From Octopus sinensis (Eukaryota), in assembly GCF_006345805.1 (NCBI RefSeq), contig NC_043010.1:51026001-51090000 (forward strand): a DNA stretch of 64,000 nt. Direction: 5' to 3'. Numbering within the stretch: the first letter of the stretch is position 1; each line of letters starts with the position of its first letter. This document shows positions 52,190 to 64,000 of this stretch, in pieces. The position numbers and the translations under genes were made by a program. The notes beneath the pieces were generated by a model. That model did no database searches. It was not told the DNA's origin and saw nothing but the letters and a program-made list of their open reading frames with translations.

Positions 52190-53510
52190 GTAGTGGTCAT
52201 TTTTGCTGAACCACTAAGTTATGGGGATGTAACAAACCAACACTAGTTCTGAAGTGGTGGAGGAGGGGGACCTAACTCAAAGACACCCCCAGACACACAC
52301 GATGGGCTTCCACACAGCTTCCATCAAACAAACTCACTCAAAAAGCAGTGGTTGGCTTGAAGCTATAATAGAAGACACTAACACTGTAGGGACTGAATTT
52401 AAAACCGTGTGTTTACAAAGGTGCTGGCAAACCTGCACCTTACTATAATAATTTTTTTTTTTTTTTAAAGGACTACTGAACCTGAGTACATTGAGGTTGG
52501 AAAATATGAAAAGCAAATTGAACTCAAGTTGGATTTGAACACACAATCTAGAAAACACTACCTAAACATTGATTTTTACAATATTTGATTTGAAACTCTT
52601 GTCTTGGTTATCTCAGCTGAACAAAATATTTGTTATAGTTTTATGATCAAAGAAAGGCATTACAGCCGTGACGTTGCACCATGTATTAACATAGTGTATC
52701 TAGGACAAGAATGCACTTTAATGAAGAGAGTAAAATGTGATTATTGGGAGATTTAGTTATTATTTTGTAACGCTTATTTCTGTTGGAATGAACGTTACAA
52801 AAGTGTTTATTTAAATACATTAAATAGTTGCAATAAATAATCATAATATATTATAATATATTATAATGATATAATATTGTTATATTTAGGGATGGTCATA
52901 TTTTGCCAATTAAACTCACACACTATATGTTTGGTCTTTACTTCAGCTTTATTATTATTGGACCAGGAGGAGGTAGTGAGGTTATAGGGCCTTACGTTGG
53001 TTGAGAGTAAACATGATAAATTTTGTCCTATTGCTGTCAGGAGTAGCAAATGTATTTCATTGCATGTGCCATGTGAAGTAATGCGAAGGTGTGTGGCCCA
53101 GTGGTCAAGAACACAAGGCACCACCTTGTCCGGGAATTGATACTGCAGTCTTATGATTGTGAGTGCAACACCCTGACCACTGGGCCACACACCTTCGCAT
53201 TATTTCACATGGCACATGCAATGAAATACATTTGCTACTCCTGACAGCAATAGGACAAAATTTATTTATATTAAATAGTCATTATATTGTTATAATGTTA
53301 AATAAATAGTTAAATAATTTGAGATATAGTTATCTCCCTATTTTACTCGTTACCTTTTTTTCGTTATTTAATGTTTACACGAATGTGAAAACCCTTCGTC
53401 TCATCTTGTGTTGTCATTTATGTTGTGTCATGTCCTTTAATGTATCTTTATATTAGCCCTTGTGGTCAATAAAAGAATTTATTATTATCATTATTATTAT
53501 TATTATTAGT

Positions 53511-54025
53511 GGAGGCACATGGCTTAGTGGTTAGGGTGTCAGCATCATGATCGTAAGATTGTGGTTTCGATTCCTGTACCTGGCGACACATTGTGTTCTT
53601 GAGCAAAACACTTCATTTCACATTGCTCCAGTCCACTCAGCTGGCAAAAATGAGTAACGCTGCGATGGACTGGTGTCCCGTCCAGCTGGGGAACACATAT
53701 GCCATTGAAACTGGGAAACCAGGCTCATGAGCCTGGCTAGGCTTTAAAAGGGTTCATTTATTTAAGTGGAGGCATGTGGCTTAGTGGTTAGGGTGTCAGC
53801 ATCAGGATCGTAAGATTGTGGTTTCGATTCCTGTACCTGGCGACACATTGTGTTCTTGAGCAAAACACTTCATTTCACATTGCTCTAGTTCACTCAGCTG
53901 GCAAAAATGAGTAACGCTGTAATGGACTGGCATCCCGTCCAGCTGGGGAACACATACGCCATTGAAACCGGGGAAACTGGGCCCATGAGCCTGGCTAGGC
54001 TTTAAAAGGGTGCATTTATTTTTAT
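53511..54025 (+). mobile_element. SINE C2 (CORE-like centre) tandem dimer
   Basis: Two 257-bp units starting at 53511 and 53768, flanked by (ATT)n. ttgtgttcttgagcaaaacacttcatttc resembles the CORE domain. Confidence 0.85.
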
Positions 54026-54187
54026 TTATATTATTATTATTATTATTATTATTTCTATGTCTAAGCTCTTTAGTCACATGATCTCTTTAACAACTCTTTA
54101 TCTCACATGTCTACTCTTGTTCTGCTTAAGGAGATATGTGAGATAAAAAGTTGCTGAAGAGGCCAGAAGATGTGTGATGAAAGAGCT

Positions 54188-54851
54188 TGACAAAGAAACA
54201 ATAATAATAGTGATAATAATAATGAAAAGAAAAATGACAAATAACTGTAGAATATGTAGAGATGGACAAGAAACAATAAACCATATTGTCTCTGGTTGCT
54301 CAGTCCTGGCTAAGAAATTAATATCATAACAGACATGACAGAGTTGGAATCTATATACACTAGAAGCTACACCAACCCTATGGAATAAGAGCAGAAAAAA
54401 CAAGGTATAGGCACACACCAGAAAAGGTCACAGAAAATGAGAAAGCAACCATACTATGGGATATGCCAATACACACAGATAGGAAAATTAAGGTAAATAG
54501 GCCAGATATAGTTGTCAGAGATCATAAAAAAAAAATGCTTTCTAATCAATGTATCAATACTAACAGATGACAACGTTTCTCTAAAAGAAATGGAGAAACT
54601 ATCAAAATACAGAGACCTGGAAATAGCAGTAACTCGAATGTGGAGTCAAAAAACAGAAACAATTCCTATCATAGTGGGTGCATTAGGTATGATAAAAAAA
54701 TATTCAGACAAATACATAACAAAAACACCAGGAGTTACAAGTATATATAACATACAGAAAATAACACTACTAAGTACTGCACATACCCAAGGCACACAGA
54801 GTTGCACTTGGCAGTGCAGTGAAAGCACGTGATAAAAATAATAATAATAAT
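54188..54851 (+). mobile_element. 5'-truncated RLE-type LINE (R4/Dong-like): CCHC finger plus restriction-like endonuclease
   Basis: CRIC...ETINHIVSGC.VLA, RHDRV, ILWD..IHTDR, NRPDIVV, EKLSKYRDLE, PIIVGALG, with frameshifts. (AAT)n at both ends. Confidence 0.9.
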
Positions 54852-55393
54852 AGTCCTTCCTATTAAAGGCACAAGGCCTGAAATTTTGGGGAAGGAGACT
54901 AGTCGATTATATCGACCCCAGTATGTAACTGGTACTTGTTTCATTGACCCCGAAAGGATGAAAAACAAAGTCAACCTCGGTGGAATTTGAGCTCAGAACA
55001 TAGCAACAAGCAAAATACTGCTAAGCATTTTGCCCAGCACAGTAACGATTCTGCCAGCACGCCACCTTGATAATAATATTAAAGATCAAAACATACAGTG
55101 TGTGTGTTTAATTGGCAAAATATGACTGTCCCCAAGTTTGACAATATATGTTTCAACACATGATTTCATATCATCTTGCAAGACAAATACATAAATATAA
55201 TAAATTGATATAAATAACCATAACAAAAACTTATAACATAGACTAGACATAGTTATGATATTAATTAAGAAAATTGGGTTGTTGAGTTCATTTTCTTTTT
55301 TTCCAATTATTTTAACCCTTTCCATGTTATTTGAATTAACAGGAAAAATATCCTTATTATATTGTTTTATGGGTTCTATTTTTAATAGTCTTT

Positions 55394-55544
55394 GAAATTT
55401 GAATAAATTTTTACCTCTTTTCAGAAATTTGAATAAATTTTTAACCTCTTTTCAGAAATTCGAATAAGTTTTTACCTCTTTTCAGAAATTTGAATAAATT
55501 TTTACCTCTTTTCAGAAATTTGAATAAATTTTTACCTCTTTTCA
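55394..55544. repeat. 30-bp minisatellite, about 5 copies
   Basis: gaaatttgaataaatttttacctcttttca. Confidence 0.9.
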
Positions 55545-57338
55545 GACATACAACAATGGGGCATCAAGTAGAAAACAAAAATGAATGAATTTAGCTGACA
55601 ATTCAATAATAGTCACAATAAATATTTTATATTAAATAGTCAAGGTATAGTTATGATATAAAATATAATAAATAGCTACAATAAATAGTCATGAAAATTA
55701 TCTTACATGAAATAGTCATTATATAATAGATATTAATAAATATATTTATATTAAATAGTCATTTTTTTGTTATAATGTGAAATAAATAGTTAAATAATTT
55801 GAGATATAGTTATAATAAATATTGGTTTCAAATTTTGGCACAAGGCCAGCAATTTTCGGGGAGGGTTAAGTCGATTACATCGACCCCCAGTGCTCAACTG
55901 GTACTTATTTTAGCAGCCCTGAAAGGATGAAAGGCAAAGTCCACCTTGACAGAATTTCAACTCAGGATGTAGCGATGGATGAAATGCCACTAAGCATTTT
56001 GCCCAGCATGCTAACAATTTTGCCAATTTTCTGCCTTGTATAATAAATACTAAAAGTGTACTTAGTCACAAAAAACACTTCATATTAAATAATCATATTG
56101 AGATATCAAATAAATATAAGTTACGAAAATATCTTATGTTACACAATGAATATTTTGTATGAAATAATTTTGATATTGTTATGATATTAAATAACTGTAA
56201 TAAACAGTTATAATAAATATATTATGATAATAGTTTTAAACATTTTATGGTATGCTAATGATTCTGCCAGCTCGCTACCTTTTTATAATTAATAATATTA
56301 AATCGATTAAAGTGATAGTAACAAACATAGTAGTGGAATAATTCTTTTGTGAAAAAGTGAATCTTGAAGCTATAAATAATAGTGTATAAACAGTGGGTTA
56401 AAAAAATCCTTAGAGCAGGTTAGTTAGATTTAGGTCAGGGTCTGGGTTGGAAATTAGCATAGGGCTAGGGCAAGAATTTAGGGTAAAAGTTAGCCCTGGG
56501 ATAGCCAGTGTTAGATGAAATTCAGTCTTAGGAGAAAGGTTATTGATTAGAGTAAAGAGTTGGGTTTTAGCACTAAAACAGAAATTAGTGTTAGTTTATT
56601 GTGGTATTTAATACAGAATTTATATCCAGTATTTACAGAATGCCTGTAAAATACTTTCTAAATTAAGTAGAAAAAAAAAATCAAGGAAGATCAAACAACA
56701 ATATAAACAAAAGTAAAAAAAGAATAAACTCACCTCAACAAACTGAATTTTTCAAATCAACAAAACAAATTATAATTGAGTTTATAAACAATGGCAACAA
56801 AAATTAACTTGAAAAAATAGAAATTCATCAAATTAAAATGAACAGATCTTAAATAAATGTTTTGTAATTATTTTAGAAAGAAGTTCCTTTCCAGGCATGA
56901 ATTTATTTGAGGGCACCCATGGTCCACACACATATATGCTTGGGGCCCAGACCATTTGAAAAAAAAAAAAAATCCTATGTTTCAAACACAGATCAGTTGT
57001 ATTTTAAAAATCCTTTCTACTATAGGCACAAACACTGAAGCTTGACACACTCTTCTGAGCTGTTGGATCCTGACAAACCATTTAATCCAAACCAGCATGG
57101 GAATCAGACACTAAATGATAACGATGGTGAGTGAAAGATGGAACCAAATATCACATATTTTGTTTAATGCCTTTAACTTTTATTTATTTCTTTTTTATAC
57201 CTTATTGAAATATATATACATGTATATATATATATGTGTGTGTGTGTATATATATATATATACATATATATATAATATGTGTATATATATATATATATAT
57301 AATATAATATACAAATATAATATATAATATATATACTC

Positions 57339-57716
57339 TTTTACTTGTTTCAGTCATTTGACTGCGGCCATGCTGGAGCACCACCTTTAGCCGAGCAAAT
57401 CAACCCCAGGACTTATTCTTTGTAAGCCTAGTACTTATTCCATTGGTCTCTTTTTGCCGAACTGCTAAATTAGGGTATGTGAACACACCAGCATCAGTTA
57501 TCAAGCGATGTTGTGAGGGACAAACACAGACACACAACCACACACATATATAAACATATATACGACAGGCTTCTTTCAGTTTCCATCTACCAAATCCACT
57601 CACAAGGCTTTGGTTAGCCCGAGGCTATAGAAGACACTTGCCCAAGGTGCCATGCAGTGGGACTGAACTCGGAACCATGTGGTTGGTAAGCAAGCTACTT
57701 ACCACACAGCCACTCC
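57339..57716 (-). mobile_element. SINE A
   Basis: Family match. Confidence 0.9.
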
Positions 57717-58863
57717 TGCGCCTATATATAATATATATATATAACATATAATATATATATAATATATAATATATATATGTGTGTGTGTCTATGTATGTAG
57801 CTCACTCTGCTGGGTGAATGGGTGGTGTTAGGAAGGGCATCTAGCCGTAAATATCATGTCAAAACAGACAGAGAGATATGGTGTCTAACCCCTGCCAGCA
57901 TGGAAAGCGGACTTTAAACAGTGATTACAATGATGATGATGTATGTAGGCTGTCCTGAGTGATTACCTTTGATGAAGGAGTATATAATTTTCATATCACT
58001 ATCAACATTGAAGCCACAACTTTGATTTTCATTCCTTAATTTGCCGTTTCTTGTCTCTTTTTTTACATTTATCGGGAGTTATGTGATGTTTATAAAAAGA
58101 AAATTTTTTAAAAATTAAATCAAGTGAAAGGCCTTAAAAGTATTTTGAAAGAATGTTTAAAGATGGCAATGTTAGAAATGATTATTGTTGCTAACCATTA
58201 GTGCAATGGACAAAATGCTTAGCAGCATTTCTTCCTGATCTTTACATTCTGAGTTCAAATCCTGCCATGGTCAATTTTACCTGTTATCTTTTTAGGGTTG
58301 ATAATGTAACAGTCAAGAACTGGGATTGATATAATTGACAAGCTCCTTCTCTCAAAATTTAAGGGCTTGCGCTTATAGTAAGAAGGATCATTATTACTAC
58401 TAAGGCCTGAAATTTTGGCGGGGGAGGGAGCTCGGTTATTACATAAACCCCAGTGCTCAACTAGTACTTATTTTATAAAGCCCCAAAAGGACAAAAGGCA
58501 AAATTGACCAAGGTAGGATCATTACTGCACTGGTCAAAATACTTTGAGGCATTTCTTAGTGACATTATTGTATAAAAATAATGATATTATTATTATTATT
58601 ATCATTATTGTTATTATGAGAGCAGCAAGCTGGCAGAATTCTTAGCATGCTGGACAAAATGCTTAGTGGTATTTTGTCTGTCTTTACGTTCTGAGTTCAA
58701 ATTCAGCTCAGGGCAGCTTTGCCGTTCATCCTTTCGGGGTCGAAAAATTAAGTACCAGTTGCATACTGGGGGTTGATCTAATTGACTGGGTCTCTCTCCC
58801 AAAATGTTGTGCCTAGAGTAGTAAAGATCATCACCCCCACACACCACCCCATATAATAATATA

Positions 58864-58898
<35 letters not shown>

Positions 58899-59385
58899 TG
58901 CTTATATGGGTATAGGATGTCACCAACTGTGTAAACAACATGAAGTATGAAAACAAATGAGTTAAATACACAAACAACAAGAGGAAAAAATGGAAAACAA
59001 GACAAGTAAACACAAAGAACAACCTTTCATCAGTTGTCGGCTGTGTATCTACTCCTCATTTCGAGCATTCAACGATAATATGAGTCTTCAAAGACAGTTG
59101 CTCCCATAAATACCAAAATAAAATTTTGGATTTATGAAAGGTGAAAGTTGGGAACAAAAACAGAATAGTGGAGACATACAAGGAAACCGAATGAAAACAA
59201 ACACGGAGGGTTGTTAGACCAGAATGAGGGGAAAGTAGTGAACGCTGGGAGAAATATTTTCTTTGAAAAGAGAAAAGATAGAAGAGAGAGATAGAAGATG
59301 TCCAGTCCTTGATGTACTTGATGTTTAATGAAGCTACTATGCAGTATGCGTGTGTGTATGATGAGAGAGTGTGCAAAGACTGAGC

Positions 59386-59471
59386 TTATGGTGGTGTTGT
59401 CCTTAATCTGATGTAGATATCACCGTATGGTTCCTTCTGTTTGAGGCGTATCAGGCAGTTCTGATGGGCCA
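59386..59471 (-). CDS. rec8: REC8/RAD21-family kleisin, last coding exon (MAHQNCLIRLKQKEPYGDIYIRLRTTPP*)
   Basis: Long polypyrimidine acceptor ttctcatccattccAG, and phase 1 matches the previous exon. Spliced FYALLMAHQNCLIRLKQKEPYGDI aligns gap-free to the RAD21-type [24 protein letters not shown] (recalled). Stop TAA, then ATTAAA about 57 nt downstream. Divergence from RAD21 suggests the meiotic paralogue. Confidence 0.75.
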
Positions 59472-59768
59472 CTGGAATGGATGAGAAAAGAAAGAGAGAG
59501 AAATATTTAAAGTGTCAGATACAAAATGGTTTGTGGTTTTACCGAGATCACTTGGCGGGGATAGAAACAAGGGAAGATATGATGCTGTTATTTAATTTAC
59601 GGGTTGAGTGCGCTAAGCGGTGATTAGTAAAAATGCAATGTTTAATATCAGTCCTGATATGCTAAAAGCACATTCAAACATGTAAACAAACCATTCACCA
59701 TGTTCTGTCATGAAACGAGGTGCATTTGTTGCTAATTATCTTCACTTGGTTATTGCCATACTCGTTTA

Positions 59769-60005
59769 ATACCTATTTCTTTATTACCCACAAGGGGCTA
59801 AACATAGAGGGGACAAACAAGGACAGACGTAGGTATTAAGTCGATTATATCGACCCCAGTGCGTAACTGGTACTTAATTTATCGACCCCAAAAGGATGAA
59901 AGGCAAAGTTGACCTCGGCGAAATTTGAACTCACAACGTAACAACAGATGAAATACGGCTGCGCATTTCGCCCGGTGTGCTAACGTTTCTGCCAGCTCGC
60001 CGCCT
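59769..60005 (-). mobile_element. SINE B monomer in a kleisin intron
   Basis: Family match, tail ends in the GGTATT junction motif. Confidence 0.9.
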
Positions 60006-60336
60006 TTAAATATATGTGTGTATATATATGTATATATATATATATATGAGTGTTAGTGTCTCTCTGCCTTAACATCACATGATAGTTGTAAATAAATGTC
60101 GCCATCATATAAGCTGGGTCCTTCATTTCCAATCTTATGTGAAAATATATCTGGCTTTGGGGAAATATTACCTCACATGGAAACAGGTCAAGTTTGGTGA
60201 CAGAAAGGGCATCCAGCTATAAAAAAAATCTGCTTCTACAAATTCTGCCTGACTGATCCACACATGGAGAAGTGGACAGTGAATGATGACGATGACGATG
60301 ATATTAATAGAGATATTGAAATAGTATTTAACTTAC

Positions 60337-60446
60337 TAAGTAAAGCATAAAACAGACAGGCTGCTCTTCTCTTTTTAATTTGTCCAGGAGGACAAATCTG
60401 CTTGAATGTTGTCCAACGTTCTGTTTGGGTATATTTTTCCACATTC
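60337..60446 (-). CDS. rec8: REC8/RAD21-family kleisin exon, start of the C-terminal winged-helix region (NVEKYTQTERWTTFKQICPPGQIKKRRAACLFYALL)
   Basis: Acceptor ttctacAG, donor TTA|GTAAGT. The F..L.P...RR.AA..FY.LL pattern is typical of Rad21/Rec8 C-termini. Confidence 0.8.
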
Positions 60447-61273
60447 CTGTAGAATGATTTGAACAAAGTCTTAAAAATATTACATACAATAAATGACAGT
60501 AGAAAAAATATGGTTGTGATGGTATGTCATATAACCTTTGATATGACTGAAATCCATCACAAGTTGCAGTCCTTGTTACAGTGTGGTGGTTTGTTTACCT
60601 TAATGACCCTGAGAGCAATGCCGGTGGAGAGCAAGCTCCTGTTGGGGACCTTTAATGCTGGACAGGTCAAAAAATAGAAAAAATAGAAATCACCTGACAG
60701 AGTTCATATAGTGTTCCGGGGAAACACTTTATGAACTTTTTACCTTGGGACCTCTACCAGGTCCCAGAGGTAAAAAGTCGGTTTGCATAGGGCTAATGCT
60801 CTTACCTAGAAAAGGGCAAAGTTATAGAAACATCAATGACAATTAAAAAGACCTGGTAGAGGATGGCTGAGACAACTCCAGTTGCCTCGACACAAAACAT
60901 TGTTTATTAAATGTCATCCAATCAATGGACATGATCCTATCATGTGACATTGTTCGCTCTCACATCTTTTATTATTTAAGCTTATGTTGATTCGTCCAAG
61001 GGAACACTTTATGGACTCTGTCAGGTGATGTTAGATATACATTGACTTGTTGTGGATTTTGCTCTTTTTGCCTTAGAACACTTACTGTGGTACAGACAGT
61101 TCATTTAGCATCGTGGACAATTGAAGTTACAGCTCACCATTTTGCACTTCAGTTTGGAATTTTCGCAGTGTTTTCTTTGTTTGTTACATGAGCACAAAAT
61201 CATTATTTTTCTTACATTATAAAACATTGATATGAGGCCCCGCTTGCTAGATCAACTGGTTATCAAATAAAGC

Positions 61274-61500
61274 TCAATATTCTTCTAGCCATCGCTCATC
61301 GTCTCTTTTTAACCAAATCCAGTGGCTAGCCTTTTCCACTGTGGTTTGGATACCGGTCATGGTGGTATTGACTTTACGATGAGTTAGGCCTAACGATAAC
61401 AACAGTCGTCTCACACTGTGTCCAACAAACCCTCTACATCCAACTTCGATTGGAAAATGCTCCGCTTTCCAGCCTGCGTCTTCACATTCCTCGTGGAGGT
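61274..61500 (-). mobile_element. RLE LINE C-terminal remnant (HERO-like) in a kleisin intron
   Basis: ECEDAGWKAEHFPIEVGCRGFVG.S...EKASHWIWLKR. Confidence 0.8.
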
Positions 61501-61572
61501 TCACATAACAATAAATTAACAACAAAAAATGTGAGACACAGAAGCAACAAACAACAAGGTTATCCATCTTAC

Positions 61573-61764
61573 ATTACAATATAATCTTGAAGATGCCTGA
61601 ATTCAGGGATTCTCTCTTCATCCGAATTCACAGGAGATATTGATATGCTGGGTATATCCACAGGTATTTCTTCAACTAAAGGATACAACTCCTCATCAAG
61701 TTGATGGATTGAAGGTTGTTCAATTATCTGGGTTGTCTCTTCTTCACTCAGGCTTTGGGTTTTT
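61573..61764 (-). CDS. rec8: REC8/RAD21-family kleisin, internal exon (acidic, Pro-rich linker KTQSLSEEETTQIIEQPSIHQLDEELYPLVEEIPVDIPSISISPVNSDEERIPEFRHLQDYIV)
   Basis: Acceptor ctatttcAG, donor AT|GTAAGA, 192 nt open frame, phase 2-2. The end phase matches the next exon (AT|G = Met). Confidence 0.65.
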
Positions 61765-62029
61765 CTGAAATAGCAATGTATACAACGAACATGAGTTACT
61801 AGCAATGATAATTTTTTTTTTTTACATTGGTAAAAACACATAAATTTCTCAAGAAGGAAGGGATATAGACCAGTATACGATGGTAACTTATTTTATTAAT
61901 CTACTGGGGTCAAGCTGGCAGGATTGTTAGTATATTGGACAAAATGCTAAGCAGCATTTCTTCTGGCTCTTTCATGTTCTGAGTTCAAATTCTGCTGAGG
62001 TCAGTTTTGCCAATTGTGGAAGTGTGTAG

Positions 62030-62343
62030 ATTAGTGGTGGTTGTTTGTTCCTTCTCGAGCCACACCTGGCTCATTAGGACCGGTTTCCTGGTTTCCTTGG
62101 CGTATAGGTTCCCCACCTGGACAGGACCCCAGTCCATCGCAGGTGAGCTGCAAGATGCAGGAGAAAAGAGTGAGAGAAAGTTGTGGCGAAAGAGTCAGCA
62201 GAAGTTCGCCATTACTTTCTGCTGGAGTCGCGTGGAGCTTAGGTGTTTCGCTCATAAACACACGTATCGCTTAGTCTGAGATTCAAACCCACGATCCCTC
62301 GACTGTGAGTCTGCTGCTCTAACCACTAGGCCATGTGCCTTCA
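62030..62343 (-). mobile_element. SINE C nested in a SINE C2 head
   Basis: TSD gattagtggt. Confidence 0.85.
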
Positions 62344-63208
62344 CGGATTAGTGGTTAGGGTATCAGATACATGATTGTAAGATTGTGGCTTTGATTCCTG
62401 GATTGGGTGGTGTATTGTGTCCCTAAGCAAAACACTTCATTTCTTGTGGTTGCAGTCCACTCAGCTGCCAAAAACGAGTAATCATGTGGAAGACCAGTGT
62501 CTCGTTGGTGGGTGGAGTCTATATGTCACAGTAACCAGGAAACCAGCATTATGAGTCTAGAGTCTATATCAGTGCTCTGCCACTGGTATGCCACGAGATG
62601 AAGCTATGTGTACTGCAATGTAACCTGAATATAATGTTTTCCCCCATACTTTTACTTATATTTTTAGTTTAGGTGTGCCACTGGATTTTGAAAAGAATAT
62701 AAGTGTTCCACAAGTGAAAAAAAGTTGTGGAGCACTGGTCAATTGGATCAGGAAGGATCTTTAACCATTTTTATTCAGTTTTGCCTTTCTTCTAAAGGCA
62801 CAAAAGAACCAAGTGGTGGGGTGTCCATTCAGGCAATTCTACAAACACAAGAACTCAGAAGACAAAGGGCCAGAAAAAAAAATATGTACGTGTGAGTGAG
62901 TGCACATGAATGTTTGTGTGCATGTATGTACAGGGGTGTAGCTAAGGTGAATGGTAACCAGAGCAAGCATCAAAATTTTGCCTCCTCACAACCAAAAAGT
63001 AGAAACTCACATAGAAATGGCTTAATTAGAAAATCATCTTGGCCAAAATTGCACTCCCTCAAAGTGGCACCTAGGAGATGTGCCCTGCTTGCCCCACCCT
63101 AGCTAGACCCCATGTATATATGTTCTTTGGTCCTCTTCTGAAACTTATTTTATATCTACCTGGACTTAACTCCCAACTTTGAAAATTTTATATATATATA
63201 TATATATA

Positions 63209-63257
<49 letters not shown>

Positions 63258-63544
63258 TGACAGATAGATAGATAGATAGATATGCCACAGGACCCCCCCC
63301 CCCAAAATAGACACCAATATTTAAGTGTTATCTAAGCTTAATAAAATTACCTATGAAGAAAAACAACCAATACCAATGTAGGTAATCTCCAGATACAAGC
63401 ATAACAAATATGAATTCCCATCACCAGCTACCAAACAGATATCATTATAGTTTTGACATCTGGACAGTCAATTTACCCCATGGTGTCAACAGCATTAAAA
63501 GCATAAATACTGCCTAGGTATATATATATATTGATAGATGTGTA

Positions 63545-63710
63545 GCCACTACACACATTTTTTTTCTCTCCTTGTTTCTTTCTGTGGAAGAGCATAGGCT
63601 TGAAACGTAAAAGACTTTTTCAATTTCCGAGCGTTAAACTAATACAGCTGTTTGTTTTCTACACCACCTGTCTTCCTCTTTTGTTTATTCGCGAATTCTC
63701 CCTATATATA
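63545..63710 (+). mobile_element. Short (TA)n-flanked dispersed repeat, PLE pLTR-like
   Basis: Homologous to 7058-7220. Confidence 0.55.
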
Positions 63711-63724
63711 TATAAATACTGCCT

Positions 63725-63759
<35 letters not shown>

Positions 63760-63849
63760 CTACCTAGGTATATATATATATATATGTATATATATAAATA
63801 CTACCTAGGTATATATATATATATATTATATATATATATAATACTACCT

Positions 63850-63892
<43 letters not shown>

Positions 63893-64000
63893 AAAAAAAG
63901 CAACAAGAATGGATTAAAATCTCGGTACGATCGTTTCGTACGAGGACATCTTTAATAAGCTACAAAAAATGCAGTGAATACAGATGGCTCGTACTCGTCA

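Noticed and set aside
52471-52588. Plus-strand terminal exon (TTEPEYIEVGKYEKQ...)
   Set aside because: The acceptor is just a poly-T run, and no partner exon or family was recognised. Worth an RNA-seq look but unsupported.

Overview
AT-rich, repeat-dense eukaryotic (animal) DNA. The SINE/LINE families look to me like octopus (coleoid cephalopod) repeats; this is pattern recognition, not a database result. Nearly all ORFs in the supplied track are microsatellite or repeat artefacts. The best-supported host gene is the 3' end of a minus-strand REC8/RAD21-family kleisin: three phase-compatible exons at 61573-61764, 60337-60446 and 59386-59471. There are weaker exon candidates at 1658-3027 (-), a FLYWCH-finger ORF at 33459-33668 (+) and a low-complexity exon at 34120-34798 (+). 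The rest is three or four tRNA-derived SINE families; RTE LINEs (one 2.4-kb copy with a PHD-like finger inside the RT region, many 3'-tail copies, two BovB-like pieces); RLE LINE remnants (R4/Dong-like, HERO-like); mariner, Tc1 and pogo-like transposase relics; Penelope-like fragments; a Helentron-type element; and long microsatellites. Most unusual structures: (1) a TIR element with an 8-bp TSD whose left terminus has expanded into 26 x 42-bp tandem copies; (2) a SINE pentamer enclosed by one 19-bp TSD, with a fixed recurrent junction; (3) several long perfect palindromes, one with a CTGATGA spacer; (4) a decayed minimal hammerhead fold; (5) alternating CpG-retaining and CpG-decayed domains.
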